DNA of 64,000 bases, from contig OZ024749.1 in the NCBI GenBank assembly GCA_964016885.1, positions 37,262,001-37,326,000 of the forward strand, read 5' to 3'. This document shows, piece by piece, positions 14,462-35,394 of this stretch. Origin of the DNA: Eledone cirrhosa. Taxonomy: Eukaryota. The position numbers and the translations under genes are program-made. Numbering within the stretch: position 1 is the stretch's first letter; each line of letters begins with the position of its first letter. Below the pieces are notes generated by a model. It had not been told where the DNA came from, did no database searches, and saw nothing but the letters and a program-made list of their open reading frames with translations.

Positions 14462-15006
14462 TTACGACCCTTTACGATCTGAGTTCAAATCCCGCCGAGG
14501 TTGACTTTGCCTTTCATCCTTACGGGGTCGATAAAATAAAGTACCAGTAATGTACTGGGTAATTGCTGGCCTTGTGCCTAAAGTAGAAACAATTATATAT
14601 ATATATATATCTGTGTGTGTATGTATTTATGTATGTTTATATAGAAATAAATAATTGTTTCTACTGTTGGCACAAGGCCAGCAATTATCCCACTGCATTA
14701 CTAAAGATCCCGTTAAGGGTGAAAGCAGCGATTCTTTGCTTAAACTTTAATCTGTTATTTTAATAAATATGTATATATATATATATTTGCATATATATAT
14801 TTATATTTGTATATATGTATAAGTGAATTGGCAGTATCAGTAGAGGGTTGGACGCCATGCTTTCTAGCATAGTTACGTCCCTTTACGGTTTGAGTTCAAA
14901 TCCCGTCGAGGTTAACTTTGCCTTTCATCCTTACGTGGTCGATAAAATAAAGTACCAGTAATGCACTGGGTATTTGCTGGCATGGTGCCTAAAGTAGAAA
15001 CAATTA
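14462..15006. mobile_element. Cluster of S1 SINEs: 14462-14594 (+), 14652-14703 (-), 14824-15006 (+)
   Basis: Direct match to the S1 sequence. Confidence 0.88.
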
Positions 15007-15037
15007 TTTATTTATATATAAACATACATAAATACAT

Positions 15038-15068
<31 letters not shown>

Positions 15069-15109
15069 ATCATACTTATATATATATACATATATACATA
15101 TATATATGA

Positions 15110-15142
<33 letters not shown>

Positions 15143-15206
15143 AATATATATACATACATATATATATATACATATATATATAATCATACTTATATATACA
15201 TACATA

Positions 15207-15242
<36 letters not shown>

Positions 15243-15267
15243 ATCATATTTATATATACATGCATAT

Positions 15268-15336
<69 letters not shown>

Positions 15337-15583
15337 TCTATGTACATATATATACATATATATATACATATATATACATATATATATACATATATATACA
15401 TATATATATACATATATATATATACATATATATATACATATATATATGTATGTATTATATATATATATAACACATATATATATATATACATATATATATG
15501 TACATATATATACATATATATATACATATATATACATATATATATATACATATATATACATATATATATATACATATATATAC

Positions 15584-15614
<31 letters not shown>

Positions 15615-15651
15615 CATATATATACATATACATATATATATATATATATAC

Positions 15652-15686
<35 letters not shown>

Positions 15687-15970
15687 CACACAGAGAGAAT
15701 TATCTAAACACGTGTCAATTTTTTCTCATGAAAATAATTAGAAGTTACCAAGATTGTCAAATTAATTAAAACTTCATTAATTGTTGATAAGTGATCAGTA
15801 TACACACACGTGTGCACTTACACGAAGAGATACTTACAGACACACTTGCATACACATACACACAGAGACACAAATACACATTTATACAGATATGCATAGA
15901 CTCGCAAAGATGTGTACACGCACTTATATGGTTGTTGAGAGATACACTACACACACACACACACACACAT

Positions 15971-16009
<39 letters not shown>

Positions 16010-16054
16010 CTTCGTTTTTGAATTTGTTTTGCAACATTTCTTATCTGAACGTGT

Positions 16055-16099
<45 letters not shown>

Positions 16100-16182
16100 C
16101 AATGAAGGTTGGAAAATCACTGACGAAGACTATTTCTATCATATGTAACTCGTGTGCAACCACGCAGTATTCTTTCTTCTCA

Positions 16183-16185
<3 letters not shown>
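16100..16185. repeat. Dispersed (TA)n-flanked module; reverse copy ~45764-45855
   Basis: Shared AATCACTGACGA..GTGCAACCACGCAGTATTCTT..CTTCTCATG. Confidence 0.7.
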
Positions 16186-16221
<36 letters not shown>

Positions 16222-16234
16222 TTAATATAGAAGA

Positions 16235-16283
16235 GATTCTACAGGACTAGAACTGTTTCATTCTTTAGAAATCATCAGGAATC
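16235..16283 (-). ncRNA. Type I hammerhead ribozyme motif (family D)
   Basis: Minus strand: GATTC-CTGATGA-TTTC TAAA GAAT-GAAA-CAG TTCTAGTC CTG-TA-GAATC. The partner arm from 16284 lacks CTGATGA. Confidence 0.8.
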
Positions 16284-16401
16284 TCTAAAGAATGAAACAG
16301 TTCTAGTCCTGTAGAATCTCTTCTATATTAAAACTTTTATACTCTGCAATATATTGAGTACCTTACTTACTGTGGTTACCTCCGACTCAACCCGGAATAA
16401 C

Positions 16402-16453
<52 letters not shown>

Positions 16454-16608
16454 ATAATAATAAATTTGAAGACTAAAATCCAAAGAGGTATCGATTAGGA
16501 TAAATATATATCCAATATATAAGAACCGTAGAGCAAATATTTATTAAAATAACAGATTAAAGTTTAAGCAAAGAATCGCAGCTTTCACCCTTAACGGTAT
16601 CTTCTGAA

Positions 16609-16662
<54 letters not shown>

Positions 16663-16939
16663 TTCGTTTCTGAATTTGTTTAGCAAGATTCTTTATCTGA
16701 AAACGTGTGTTGAAACCGATATTGTTATACTTTGGGAGGGTCATGTTGCCAATAAGAAACACACGCACCAGTTGCTTTCACTTCAATTTATTATATATTT
16801 ATAAATTTATAAATTTACAAATCTACACATTTATAAATTTCTGGGGTAAACAGACAACAAAACAATCGGTACAGTATAGGGTAGGAATATATGAGTTTAA
16901 CGCTTCAAATAGTAGGAAGAGGGTCAGAGTGGAATTGGA

Positions 16940-17655
16940 AAAAATGTTATATATAATCATACATATAACATATAAAAATGTTATATATAATCATACATAT
17001 AACATATAAAAATGTTATATATAATCATACATATAACATATAAAAATGTTATATATAATCATACATATAACATATAAAAATGTTATATATAATCATACAT
17101 ATAACATATAAAAATGTTATATATAATCATACATATAACATATAAAAATGTTATATATAATCATACATATAACATATAAAAATGTTATATATAATCATAC
17201 ATATAACATATAAAAATGTTATATATAATCATACATATAACATATAAAAATGTTATATATAATCATACATATAACATATAAAAATGTTATATATAATCAT
17301 ACATATAACATATAAAAATGTTATATATAATCATACATATAACATATAAAAATGTTATATATAATCATACATATAACATATAAAAATGTTATATATAATC
17401 ATACATATAACATATAAAAATGTTATATATAATCATACATATAACATATAAAAATGTTATATATAATCATACATATAACATATAAAAATGTTATATATAA
17501 TCATACATATAACATATAAAAATGTTATATATAATCATACATATAACATATAAAAATGTTATATATAATCATACATATAACATATAAAAATGTTATATAT
17601 AATCATACATATAACATATAAAAATGTTATATATAATCATACATATAACATATAA
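16940..17655. repeat. Tandem array, 21 x 34 bp
   Basis: Unit AAAATGTTATATATAATCATACATATAACATATA starts at 16941, 17281 and 17621 (period 34); no variants seen. Confidence 0.95.
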
Positions 17656-17841
17656 CTGTTTCTACTTTAGGCACAAGGCCAGCAATTATCCAGTGCATTA
17701 CTGGTACTTTATTTTATCGACCCCGTAAGGATGAAAGGCAAAGTCAACCTCGGCGGGATTTGAACTCAGATCGTAAAGGGACGTAACTATGCTGGAAAGC
17801 ATGGCGTCCGACCCTCTACCGATACTGCCAATCCACCGCCC
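17654..17841 (-). mobile_element. SINE family S1, full length; another copy 18146-18335 (-)
   Basis: Near-identical reverse complement of 19537-19724. Confidence 0.92.
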
Positions 17842-18754
17842 TGATAACATATAACATATAACATATACATATACATATAACATATAACATATATACATAT
17901 ATACATACATATAACATATATACATACATATATACATACATATAACATATATACATACATATATACATACATATAACATATATACATACATATAACATAT
18001 ATACATACATATATACATACATATAACAAGTCCATTCATGTTACCAAAAGTCACTGTTTTGATGTATTTTGTTTGTTGGTGGATGTACAAATTTGAGCCT
18101 TGAAAACTTGGGTAGCACCTTTGTACCGTGTATGACATAAATAAATAATTGTTTCTACTTTTGGCACCAGGCCAGCAATTATCCCAGTTCATTACTGGTA
18201 CTTTATTTTATCGACCCCGTAAGGATGAAAGGCAAAGTTAACCTCGGCGGGATTTGAACCCAGATCATAAAGGGAGGTGACTCTATGCTTCAAAGCATGG
18301 CGCCCGACCCTAACCGATACTGCCAATGCACCACCATTAATAAATAATATATAGGATATATATAATAAATAATATATAGGATAGATATAAATAATATATA
18401 GGACATAAATAAATAATATATAGGATTAACTTTGTCTTTCACTAGACATATGTTAACGAAAGGGTAAAATATGGTAACGAACGGGTAAATAAAAATAAAT
18501 AAGTTTTGATGTTCTCTCGCTTTCAGTCACTGCCTGCATCTCTCTTGCTCTCCCCGTCTCTCACTATTATAAGTAAGTGGGGGGGGGGCACAGACTGGCC
18601 GCCCTGCGGCCCCGGCAGACAGAATAGGGAAAGGGCTTCCCCGGAGGATGGTGAAGGAGTCGCGTGGGAAGAACCATTCCAGCTCGTGAGGCTCATACCC
18701 GCGGGTAGCCAACTCCGTGCTGATGGTGGTGAGAAGTACACAGGATCAGGTATG

Positions 18755-18870
18755 GATGGGTGAGAAAGGAGTTCGCTTCGCAACAAAGTGGTTTAGGGTT
18801 TTATTCCCACAGCGCGTGACCTTGGAGAAGTGCCTTTTTTTATTGCCTCGGTTTGACCAATACCTTTGGG
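18755..18870 (+). mobile_element. Degenerate tRNA/CORE-type SINE fragment (third family)
   Basis: GGTTTTATTCCCACAGCGCGTGACCTTGGAGAAGTGCCTT..TTGCCTCGG..GACCAATACCTT resembles a B-box plus CORE layout. Confidence 0.5.
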
Positions 18871-18909
18871 TTGACGATAATAGTACAAGATTTCGTGTAA
18901 ATATCTGAG

Positions 18910-19006
<97 letters not shown>

Positions 19007-19085
19007 TATTGAAGTTTCCGTTGAAAATTGAAAAAGTCATAGGAGTGAAGAGTGCTCTATGTAAGTACCAGAGCAAAATTTAATG

Positions 19086-19766
<681 letters not shown>

Positions 19767-20099
19767 GCACCCCTCCCAACATATATATACAATATATTTT
19801 CTTTACTTATTAATCTATACATATCTGTGTGCGCGTGTGTCTGTGTCTCTATTTATGTTTACGCTAGTGTCTGTTTATGTTACGCGGTGCCCCAGCATGA
19901 CCACAGTCCAATTACTGAAACCTTTAAAATAACAGAACATATTTGAAATTAACGATTGGTGTAGATTCCAGCCCATTGCTAAATCTGAGATTATATAGAT
20001 CATGCGATGTCAGTCGGATTATTCAGGACAGTGTGCCTGTCACAACTCTATATATTTGAGTGTCGACACAAATACCATAGCGTATATATATAAATATAT

Positions 20100-25886
<5,787 letters not shown>

Positions 25887-25888
<2 letters not shown>

Positions 25889-26231
25889 AGGCACATGGCT
25901 TAGTGGTTAGAGCATTGGCCTTGCAATCGAAAGGTTGTGAGTTCAATTCTCAGACCGGGTGATGTGTTGTTTCCTTGAGCAAGACACTTTATTTCACGTT
26001 GCTCCAGTTTACTCAGCTGTAGAAATGAGATGATAGGACTGGGGTCCCTATCATTCCACTGCAAAGTGGTCGTGGAGGTGCCACGGCAAAAAAGCACCCA
26101 GCACTCACTGTAAATGAGGTTGGTGTTAGGAAGTGCATCCAGCTGTAGAAATCGAGCCAGAATCAGTTCCCGTCCCACCCTTGCAAGCAGGGGAAAGTGG
26201 ACGTAAAATGAAATGATGATGATGATGATGA
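25887..26231 (+). mobile_element. ~345-bp tRNA-derived SINE with CORE-like middle and (TGA)n tail (family S2)
   Basis: A-box TGGCTTAGTGG, B-box GAGTTCAATTC, CCTTGAGCAAGACACTT, tail GGAAAGTGGACGTAAAATGAAATGATGATG. Confidence 0.9.
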
Positions 26232-26314
26232 TATATAGATGTGTGTGTGTGTGTGTGCGTGTGTGTATGTATATATATATATATATGCATTATTTTTCTC
26301 TGTCATTCACTCTT

Positions 26315-26358
<44 letters not shown>

Positions 26359-26569
26359 ACTTAGCTTCTTCCCGTCTCTCACACTCTCTCATTGATGTCC
26401 TCTTTCTACTTCTCTCTCTCCCTCTCTCTATCTACCTGTATTTCTCCCCCCCTTCTCCCCCTCTCTCCCTCTAGCACCCCCCCCCCCCAATCAAAATCAG
26501 ATTAAATCAACAATAATCATTAATAAAATATTAATAGCTAATTATTTAGTTGATTATTGATTTATATTA

Positions 26570-27047
26570 ATGGTGGTTGTGATGATAATGACTATGATGA
26601 TTGTGATGGTGGTGATGGTGGTGGCGGTTGTGACGATAACGACCATGCGTATGATGATGATGATGATGTTGACTATGATGATGATGATGATGATGACGTT
26701 GACTATGATGATGATGATGATGATGGTTGTGCTGATGATGGTGGTCGTGATGACAACGACCGCGACTATGATGATGATGATGATGATGATGATGACTATC
26801 ACGATGATGATGATGATGATGATGATGAAGATGATTGTGATGATAACGACTATGGTGATGATGATGATGACTATGATGATGATGATGATATCACAGTAGT
26901 ACTGATAACGATAATGGTGGTTGTGCTGACCTCTATCGGCGAAGGTGTAAATAAGGAGGTGATGGCAGGGGGGGTGGGCTGTACAATTTTATCGATCGAA
27001 CTAGTAAATTACAGGTAAGTTGTAAATTAAATTACATATAGGTATGT

Positions 27048-27104
<57 letters not shown>

Positions 27105-27948
27105 TTGTTCTTCATTTTTCTCGTGTTTTATTTTTTTTAGTAAAGTTGACATCTACCAAGTTTGAATGGAGAGAAGTAAGGAACGATAACAACAGCACCA
27201 ACAACAATTACAACAACAACAACAACAACAATAACAATACAACAAGAACAACAACACCAACAATACAACAACAATACAACAACAACAACATCTACAACAA
27301 CCTCAATAATTACAACAACCATAACAACTACAACAACAATATAACAACAATAACAACAACAACAACAACAATAAAACAACAATAACAACAACAACAACAA
27401 CATCTACAACAACCTCAATAATTACAACAACCAAAACAACTACAACAACAATAATACAACAACAATAACAACAATAACAACAACAACAACAACAACAACA
27501 ACAATAACAACAACATCTACAACTACCTCAATAATTACAACAAAAACCATAACAACTACAACAACAATATAACAACAATAACAACAACAATAACAACATC
27601 TACAACAACCTCAATAATTACAACAACAACCATAACAAGTACAACAATACAACAACAATACAACAACAATACAACAATAACAACAACAACAATACAACAA
27701 CAATACAACAACAATACAACAACAATAACAACAATAACAACACTTACACCAACTAAAATAATCGCAACAACAACAAGAAGGATATCTTCAGCAATAGCAA
27801 CGAAAAACATCAACTATACCTACTACCACTACTACTACTACTACTACGACTGTCACTACTACTACTACTACTACCATTACCACTGCCTCTACTACTACTA
27901 CTACTACCACTGTCACTACTACTACTACAACTACCATTACCACTGCCT

Positions 27949-28011
<63 letters not shown>

Positions 28012-28026
28012 GTACTACTACCACTG

Positions 28027-28059
<33 letters not shown>

Positions 28060-28168
28060 GGTAATTGCAACGAAAACAGCATTAAACAGTAACAAAAACA
28101 AACATAGCATCAACGGTAATTACTACTACTACAACTACCACCACTACTACTACTACTACTACTACAGT

Positions 28169-28204
<36 letters not shown>

Positions 28205-28318
28205 AGTTACTACTACTACTATAACAACAATAGCAACAGCAGTGACTACATTAATACTAATAACATTGACAACTTCGACAAAATAAAGTCAACACTGACA
28301 ACAACATCACCAACAATA

Positions 28319-28355
<37 letters not shown>

Positions 28356-28460
28356 AAACAACCACTAGAACATCAACTACAACAGTAACAACAATAACAA
28401 CATATACTACTACTACTACTACATCAACTACTACAGTAACAACAACAACAACAACTTTAT
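26570..28460. repeat. Trinucleotide blocks upstream of Zic: (GAT)n, (AAC)n, (ACT)n, plus (CTGT)n
   Basis: Visible directly: ~26570-26890, ~27185-27780, ~27815-28460. Confidence 0.93.
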
Positions 28461-28868
28461 CCTCCTATATTTCTACATTTGATTATATTTGTGGTTGTGT
28501 GGAAGGAAGTTGGTATATTTTAAAGTTATTTTTCTGTTTGTTCTATCATAAGATGTGAAGAATTAATTCATCCTCTCTTTGGAATAGCAGAATTGCAGAA
28601 TAATAGTTTCAATGCGAAAGAATAGTGGTTGGATGTATGAAGTTAGTGGTGGCTAGTAGTAGCAGTAGTTGCTTTTGTTGTATTAGTGTTACTAGTTGTA
28701 CTAAATGTAAGTAGTGGGTATTACTAATAGTAGTAGCATTAGTGGTTTTACCGTTAAAATTATAACAACAACGAAGACGATGACGACAAAAACAACTATA
28801 CTATATAGTAGCATGAATAATAATATAATAAAAATATTGATAAATATATATAATGGTCGTGTATGATG

Positions 28869-28899
<31 letters not shown>

Positions 28900-28934
28900 A
28901 AAAATAAGAGAACAGGCCATGAGAGTAATATAAA

Positions 28935-29285
28935 CCAGGCGGGTCTCCAGTTATGTAAGATGTGTGATTCTCTCTCACTCAACAGAATAACGGTTCCACA
29001 CTGGAGAGCGTAAGGCACGCCCTCGTACGCATGCGCACTGACGTGGGTGTCACAGTTGACGGCAGAGTCGCTGTAGTAGCTGTTCCCATGACGAGCAGTT
29101 CAGACCAATGAGAGGTCGTCTAAACCACGCCCATTGCTCGCTTTTCCCCCCGCTGTTCTTCTAACAAGCGCGGTGTTTGGACGCTGCGTTGGAACACTTT
29201 CGCTCCCTCTAGCTTGACTTGAACTTTTGTTTGCAGTTTAGACCAACTGGGGTGATTGTGACAGTGACTTCATCAACGAAAGATT
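28935..29285 (+). promoter_or_regulatory. Putative TATA-less CpG-rich Zic promoter and 5' UTR
   Basis: Sharp GC/CpG rise before the ATG. NRF1-like TACGCATGCGCA 29026-29037, CRE-like TGACGT 29039-29044, CCAAT box GACCAATGAG 29103-29112, SP/KLF box CCACGCCC 29125-29132. Confidence 0.75.
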
Positions 29286-30339
29286 ATGGAGCACACTTTA
29301 ACCAAAGGCAGTTCGGCGCTCAGGTTAGTCGATGTCTCATCCTCCCATACACCTCAGCACCTTAACGGTGTTCATGGCTTAACTTTACCACCTACAACTC
29401 ACAAGCATTTTACAAGCGGGCAGAGGAAAATGTTAAACCCATTCATGGACACATCACACGGGCCCCATATCCCGCCGGGAGCTCTCAAACTAAGTCCACC
29501 ACATCCAATGAGTGACACTGCAAGTTCGGTACATAATCAAGCAAATCACCAATTTGGAACCCAACCGAATGGATACGGTGTTCCACATTCACACTCACAT
29601 CATGTCGGAACGTACGCGGCTCGGGACTTCCTACTTCGCCGCGACCACATGGGGTTGGCTACCCACGACGCCAACGCCACATCACACCACGGTATGTTTG
29701 TACCGTCGTCTGCCGGACTACATGGCCCTCATCATCCGGATCCGTCTTCTAGTCACGTTTTATTCCCGGGTCTACACGAACCGTCACACCACCACCCGGG
29801 TGCCGGACACCATGTCAACAGTCAAATGCGACTCAGTATTTCCGGGCCGGATATGTACTCGCGAGCGGACCAATTTAACCAGATGACCAGTCCCCGGACT
29901 GACCACTTTGCTGCTGCTGCTGCCTCGCAACATCTAAATATGGGCCCCATGAACGCTATGAATCACATGAACATGGGACCGCACGCGCCGGGTGCCTTCT
30001 TTCGGTATATGCGGCACCCGATTAAACAAGAACATACGTGCATGTGGGTGGAGACTGACCAACCAGAGCCGAAGAAACCGTGTAACAAAACCTTTCCATC
30101 GATGCACGAAATCGTGGCACACATCACAGTAGAGCATGTGGGGGGGCCGGAGCAAACGAATCATTCTTGTTATTGGCAGAACTGTACCCGGGACGGACGA
30201 CCATTCAAAGCTAAGTACAAGCTGGTCAACCATATACGAGTACATACCGGAGAGAAACCATTTCCTTGTCCGTTTCCAGGCTGTGGCAAAGTTTTTGCCC
30301 GGAGTGAGAATTTAAAGATACACAAAAGGACACACACAG
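29286..30339 (+). CDS. Zic: Zic/odd-paired C2H2 zinc-finger transcription factor, coding exon 1 (ZOC, ZF-NC, ZF1-ZF3); remaining exons not found in the window
   Basis: Translation contains [11 protein letters not shown] (~29622-29645), [20 protein letters not shown]1 CMW..CNKTF..HITVEH, ZF2 [20 protein letters not shown] and ZF3 [24 protein letters not shown] phase-1 donor ACAG|GTTTGT (GT 30340-30341) lies in the HTG linker, the conserved bilaterian Zic intron position. The ORF tail to 30566 is intronic read-through. Confidence 0.97.
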
Positions 30340-30593
30340 GTTTGTACTGGTCTTCAAATTTAACCAACATTTCTTTTTTATTCACACTTTTATTTGATGT
30401 TTACATGTATACATATACGCATACAACACTTCACACAGATTTTATAATTACATACACATACACACACACATATATATATGTATATATATACACATACACG
30501 GACACTAATGTTGTTAGTTACATCTTAATGTTAAATATTCTCAACTTGCACCATCTTTCGTCTTGACCGATCAGTATGTATAACATTATATAT

Positions 30594-30638
<45 letters not shown>

Positions 30639-30703
30639 AAGTGATTTTATATATACGACGTTTATAATTCATGTACTAAAAAAACTTTAGGAATCGCACG
30701 TTG

Positions 30704-30739
<36 letters not shown>

Positions 30740-30781
30740 AAAATAACAGATTAAAGTTTAAGTCTTCAACTTTATTATTAT

Positions 30782-30827
<46 letters not shown>

Positions 30828-30896
30828 AAAGTAAAAAAAAAAAAAAAACAATACCAAGGAGTGCAGTTACGAACAGTGTTGGTATTAGGTTCACGC

Positions 30897-30975
<79 letters not shown>

Positions 30976-31009
30976 AATATTATATTTTAATATATAATAT
31001 TTAATATAT

Positions 31010-31069
31010 AATATTTAAAGCTAAATTTCACGCATGCATTTAGTTACTTTACATACACATAAAGGTGTT

Positions 31070-31140
<71 letters not shown>

Positions 31141-31340
31141 ACAACGTGTGGTTCTTCAAATTATTTTTAAAAGACGATCTAAACTATAAACGACGTATGT
31201 ATAAAATTATTTCCATGTATATATATACATATATATATATATATATACATGGAAATAATTTTATACATACGTCGTTTATAGGTTAGATCGTCTATTTAAA
31301 AATAATTTGAAGAACCACACGTTGTACACACACATATATA

Positions 31341-31384
<44 letters not shown>

Positions 31385-31444
31385 AACACCTTTATGTGTA
31401 TGTAAAGTAACTAAATGCATGCGTGAAATTTAGCTTTAAATATT
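31010..31444. repeat. ~435-bp foldback in the Zic intron
   Basis: ATATTTAAAGCTAAATTTCACGCATGC..CCATGTATA mirrored by TATACATGG..GCATGCGTGAAATTTAGCTTTAAATAT; internal microsatellites differ in length. Confidence 0.92.
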
Positions 31445-31704
31445 TAATATAGTTGAGTAACATTTAATTGTTGATTTCGTAAATCTCGATAAGTAGGCCA
31501 GTTATTTATTTATTATTATGGTTGTTGTTATTGTTATTATTTTTATTATATCAAAGTCAAAACCTCGACAACTTTGATACGAATATCATATATTACTATA
31601 CAACTAACACTAACTACTAAGGTAGCAATGTATATACATATATTTGTGTGTATATATACATATATCCATGTATATATGTGTGTATTTATATATGAATATA
31701 ACAT

Positions 31705-31746
<42 letters not shown>

Positions 31747-33036
31747 TAGTACAACGTCACTTATAATTGATTATATATATAACTCAAGTTCTCTTATCTC
31801 TCACACTCCAACAAAACAAATATTTAAAACACACATGCATATATACATATATATATATATGTATATATGTATATATATATGTATATATATGCGTGTGTGT
31901 TTTAAATATATATATATATATATAGAGTTTTTGTTGTTTCTTATTTCCTGTCATCGCCAGCAGAAAAAAAAAAAAATATTAAACAAACACAGATAACTCA
32001 CGAAATTTCAGAACATTAATGATATATGAACAACACAATCTCTATTATTAATAATAGTAATAATAGTTTTTAATTTAATCACAAGTCCAGTAGTGTTTGA
32101 ATGGAAAATCGAAAGTTTATTAAATCAGGCCAGCCCAGTGCATTCCAGGACGATGAAGGACAAAGTTTACCTTCTTTCATAAACTAAAGATAGACAATAA
32201 ATACCTTAGGACAGCTTGCCCTGCACACTTACTGTTCTGTAAATCTACCACCCTTAATAATAATCATGCTGATTGTTTTTTTATTGCCTACAAGGATTCA
32301 ATACAGAGGGGACAATAGAACACAGTGGGGTTTATATTGAGTAAAGGAAAGGGGACATCACTATAGTAAAAACAGTTGTAAAAATATTCGTAGTAACAGA
32401 TCACAATAACATTAGCGACTGTCAACTAGGACCAGTTAGTCCCCTAATATTAGTTCCCTAGGTGTTGATTGTACTTTAAAGTAATCCCAGAAAGGGACCT
32501 ATAGAAAACCCCAGATTACGGTGTTAGATCTCTGGCCTAAAGATTGCTCTCTCCCAGTTTCTTTCCACCTGCGTAGAAAAGCAGTTAAAGTAGGCTCATT
32601 CCGAAGTCGAGGACAATAAAGGGTCGTACTACATAGAGTGGCGTTTACATCGCGTAAAGGGGCCACGGTCAAAAGGGAAACAATAGTTACATGTATAATG
32701 ATGATGATAATTTCTACTACAGGCTAAATGAGACGAATTAGATAATAGGGGCTATGTGGAATTTGGCGACCCTAGTATATAACTGGTATTTATATTTTCT
32801 TGGCTACCGAAAAGATGAAGCGAGCGTAAAGGTGTCTAATTTTGAACACGGGCTGTATAAGACCGTGCGAAAATAAGGCTAGGCACATTGTCCAACGCTA
32901 CACCGAATCTAACGACAGAAATAACAGGAGTATATAAATACGGGTACGATCTATAATATACACACACAAACGTTGAATTAATACCAGCGATCATCGCTAG
33001 CTAATCTTATATATACACACACACACACACACACAT

Positions 33037-33071
<35 letters not shown>

Positions 33072-33102
33072 AAACACAAAAAATGTACATAACATGTAAC
33101 GG

Positions 33103-33135
<33 letters not shown>

Positions 33136-33517
33136 AGACCAACAATCAACATATGTAACCGGTATATAGAGACGAGCTGACGGATATATATATATATCCA
33201 TTACGAATTGCATATTGTTATGTAACAGCAACTGAATATATTACATTATACATACCGTTACAGGAATATGTATATGAAAAGAAAATACAATGAACGGGAT
33301 TAAATGAAGCCTCCCTCTCCACTATCTATCTTGTTCTCTCTCTATATATATGTAAATATATATGTATATATACATACATGCACACAGACACAAAATTGGT
33401 AGAACATATATATATTTATATATATATAATTATATTTTTATATATATATAAATATATATATATATGATCATGATCATGATCATCATATATTTATATATAT
33501 ATATATGTATATTTGTG

Positions 33518-33568
<51 letters not shown>

Positions 33569-33865
33569 ATATTTATATATATGTATATTTGTGTATATAT
33601 ATTTATATATATGTATATTTGTGTATATATATTTATATATATGTATATTTGTATATATATATTTATATATATATATATTTGTATATATATATTTATATAT
33701 ATATATTTGTATATATATATTTATATATATATTTGTATATATATATTTATGTATATATTTGTATATATATTTATATATATTTATATTTATATATATTTAT
33801 ATATATTTATATTTATTTATATATATTTATATATATTTATGTATTTATATATATTTATACATATA

Positions 33866-33910
<45 letters not shown>

Positions 33911-34074
33911 TTATCTCTCTATATATATATATATTTATCTATACATTTATATATATATATTTATATATACATTTATATATATATTTATTTATATATATAT
34001 TTATATATTTATTTATATATATTATATATATATATAAATATATATATATATAATTATATATATATTTATTTATA

Positions 34075-34105
<31 letters not shown>

Positions 34106-34353
34106 TTATAACGAAGGAAATGTGGTAAGGAACCAGGTGGACCATAAAGCACCAAAGTACTCAATACTTAGGGTAGTAGAGCGGGTAATAGGAACGAGTA
34201 GGACCCCGACGGCTGAGCTCAAGCCGTTCCGACGGCTAATTCTGGACTAAATGAACATTTTTATCCGGATAAAAATTTTCATTTAGTCCTACTCGTTCCT
34301 ATATATATTTATATATATATATATTTATATATATGTATTTATTTATATATATG

Positions 34354-34398
<45 letters not shown>

Positions 34399-34621
34399 AT
34401 TTATATATATATATATTTATATATATGTATGTATATATATATATACATATATATTTATATATATTTATTTATATGTATGTATATATATATATTTATATAT
34501 ATGTATGTATATATATATATATACATATATATATTTATTTATATATATATATATTTATATATATATATTTATATATATATATATGTATGTATATATATAT
34601 ATATTTATATATATATATGTA

Positions 34622-34667
<46 letters not shown>

Positions 34668-34719
34668 TATATATATATATGTATGTATATATATATATAT
34701 ATTTATATATATATGTATG

Positions 34720-34750
<31 letters not shown>

Positions 34751-35029
34751 GTATGTATATATATATATATATTTATATATATATGTATGTATATATATAT
34801 ATATTTATATATATATGTATGTATATATATATATTTATATATATATGTATGTATATATATATATATATTTATATATATATGTATGTATATATATATATAT
34901 TTATATATATATGTATGTATATATATATATTTATATATATATGTATGTATATATATATATATATGTATGTATATATATATATGTATGTATATATATATAT
35001 ATATATATACATATATTTATATATATGTA

Positions 35030-35061
<32 letters not shown>

Positions 35062-35142
35062 CACATATATATTTATTTATATATATATATACATATATAT
35101 ATACACATATATATTTATTTATATATATAAATATATATATGT

Positions 35143-35249
<107 letters not shown>

Positions 35250-35351
35250 CATATAAATAATGTATATATTCCTGTTTCTAGGTACACTTTTTATACAGAT
35301 ATGTACGAGTTATCTTGGGAACTATTTATGTATAAACCTTTGTAAAAACAC

Positions 35352-35394
<43 letters not shown>

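Noticed and set aside
16117-16165. CTGACGA hammerhead core in a repeated module (also 45826, 11311, 60485)
   Set aside because: No stem II followed by GAAA was found.
18506-18786. GC-rich short ORFs
   Set aside because: No recognisable domain; adjacent to a SINE relic and probably transposon-derived.
25887-25960. tRNA gene
   Set aside because: The A/B boxes are the head of a multi-copy SINE and no complete cloverleaf is seen. The same applies to S1 heads.
26557-27018. Asp-rich ORF resembling an acidic biomineral protein
   Set aside because: It is a (GAT)n microsatellite with no signal peptide or other coding evidence.
30340-30566. C-terminal 75 aa of the 426-aa Zic ORF
   Set aside because: Similarity stops at the conserved splice donor; the rest is microsatellite-containing intron.
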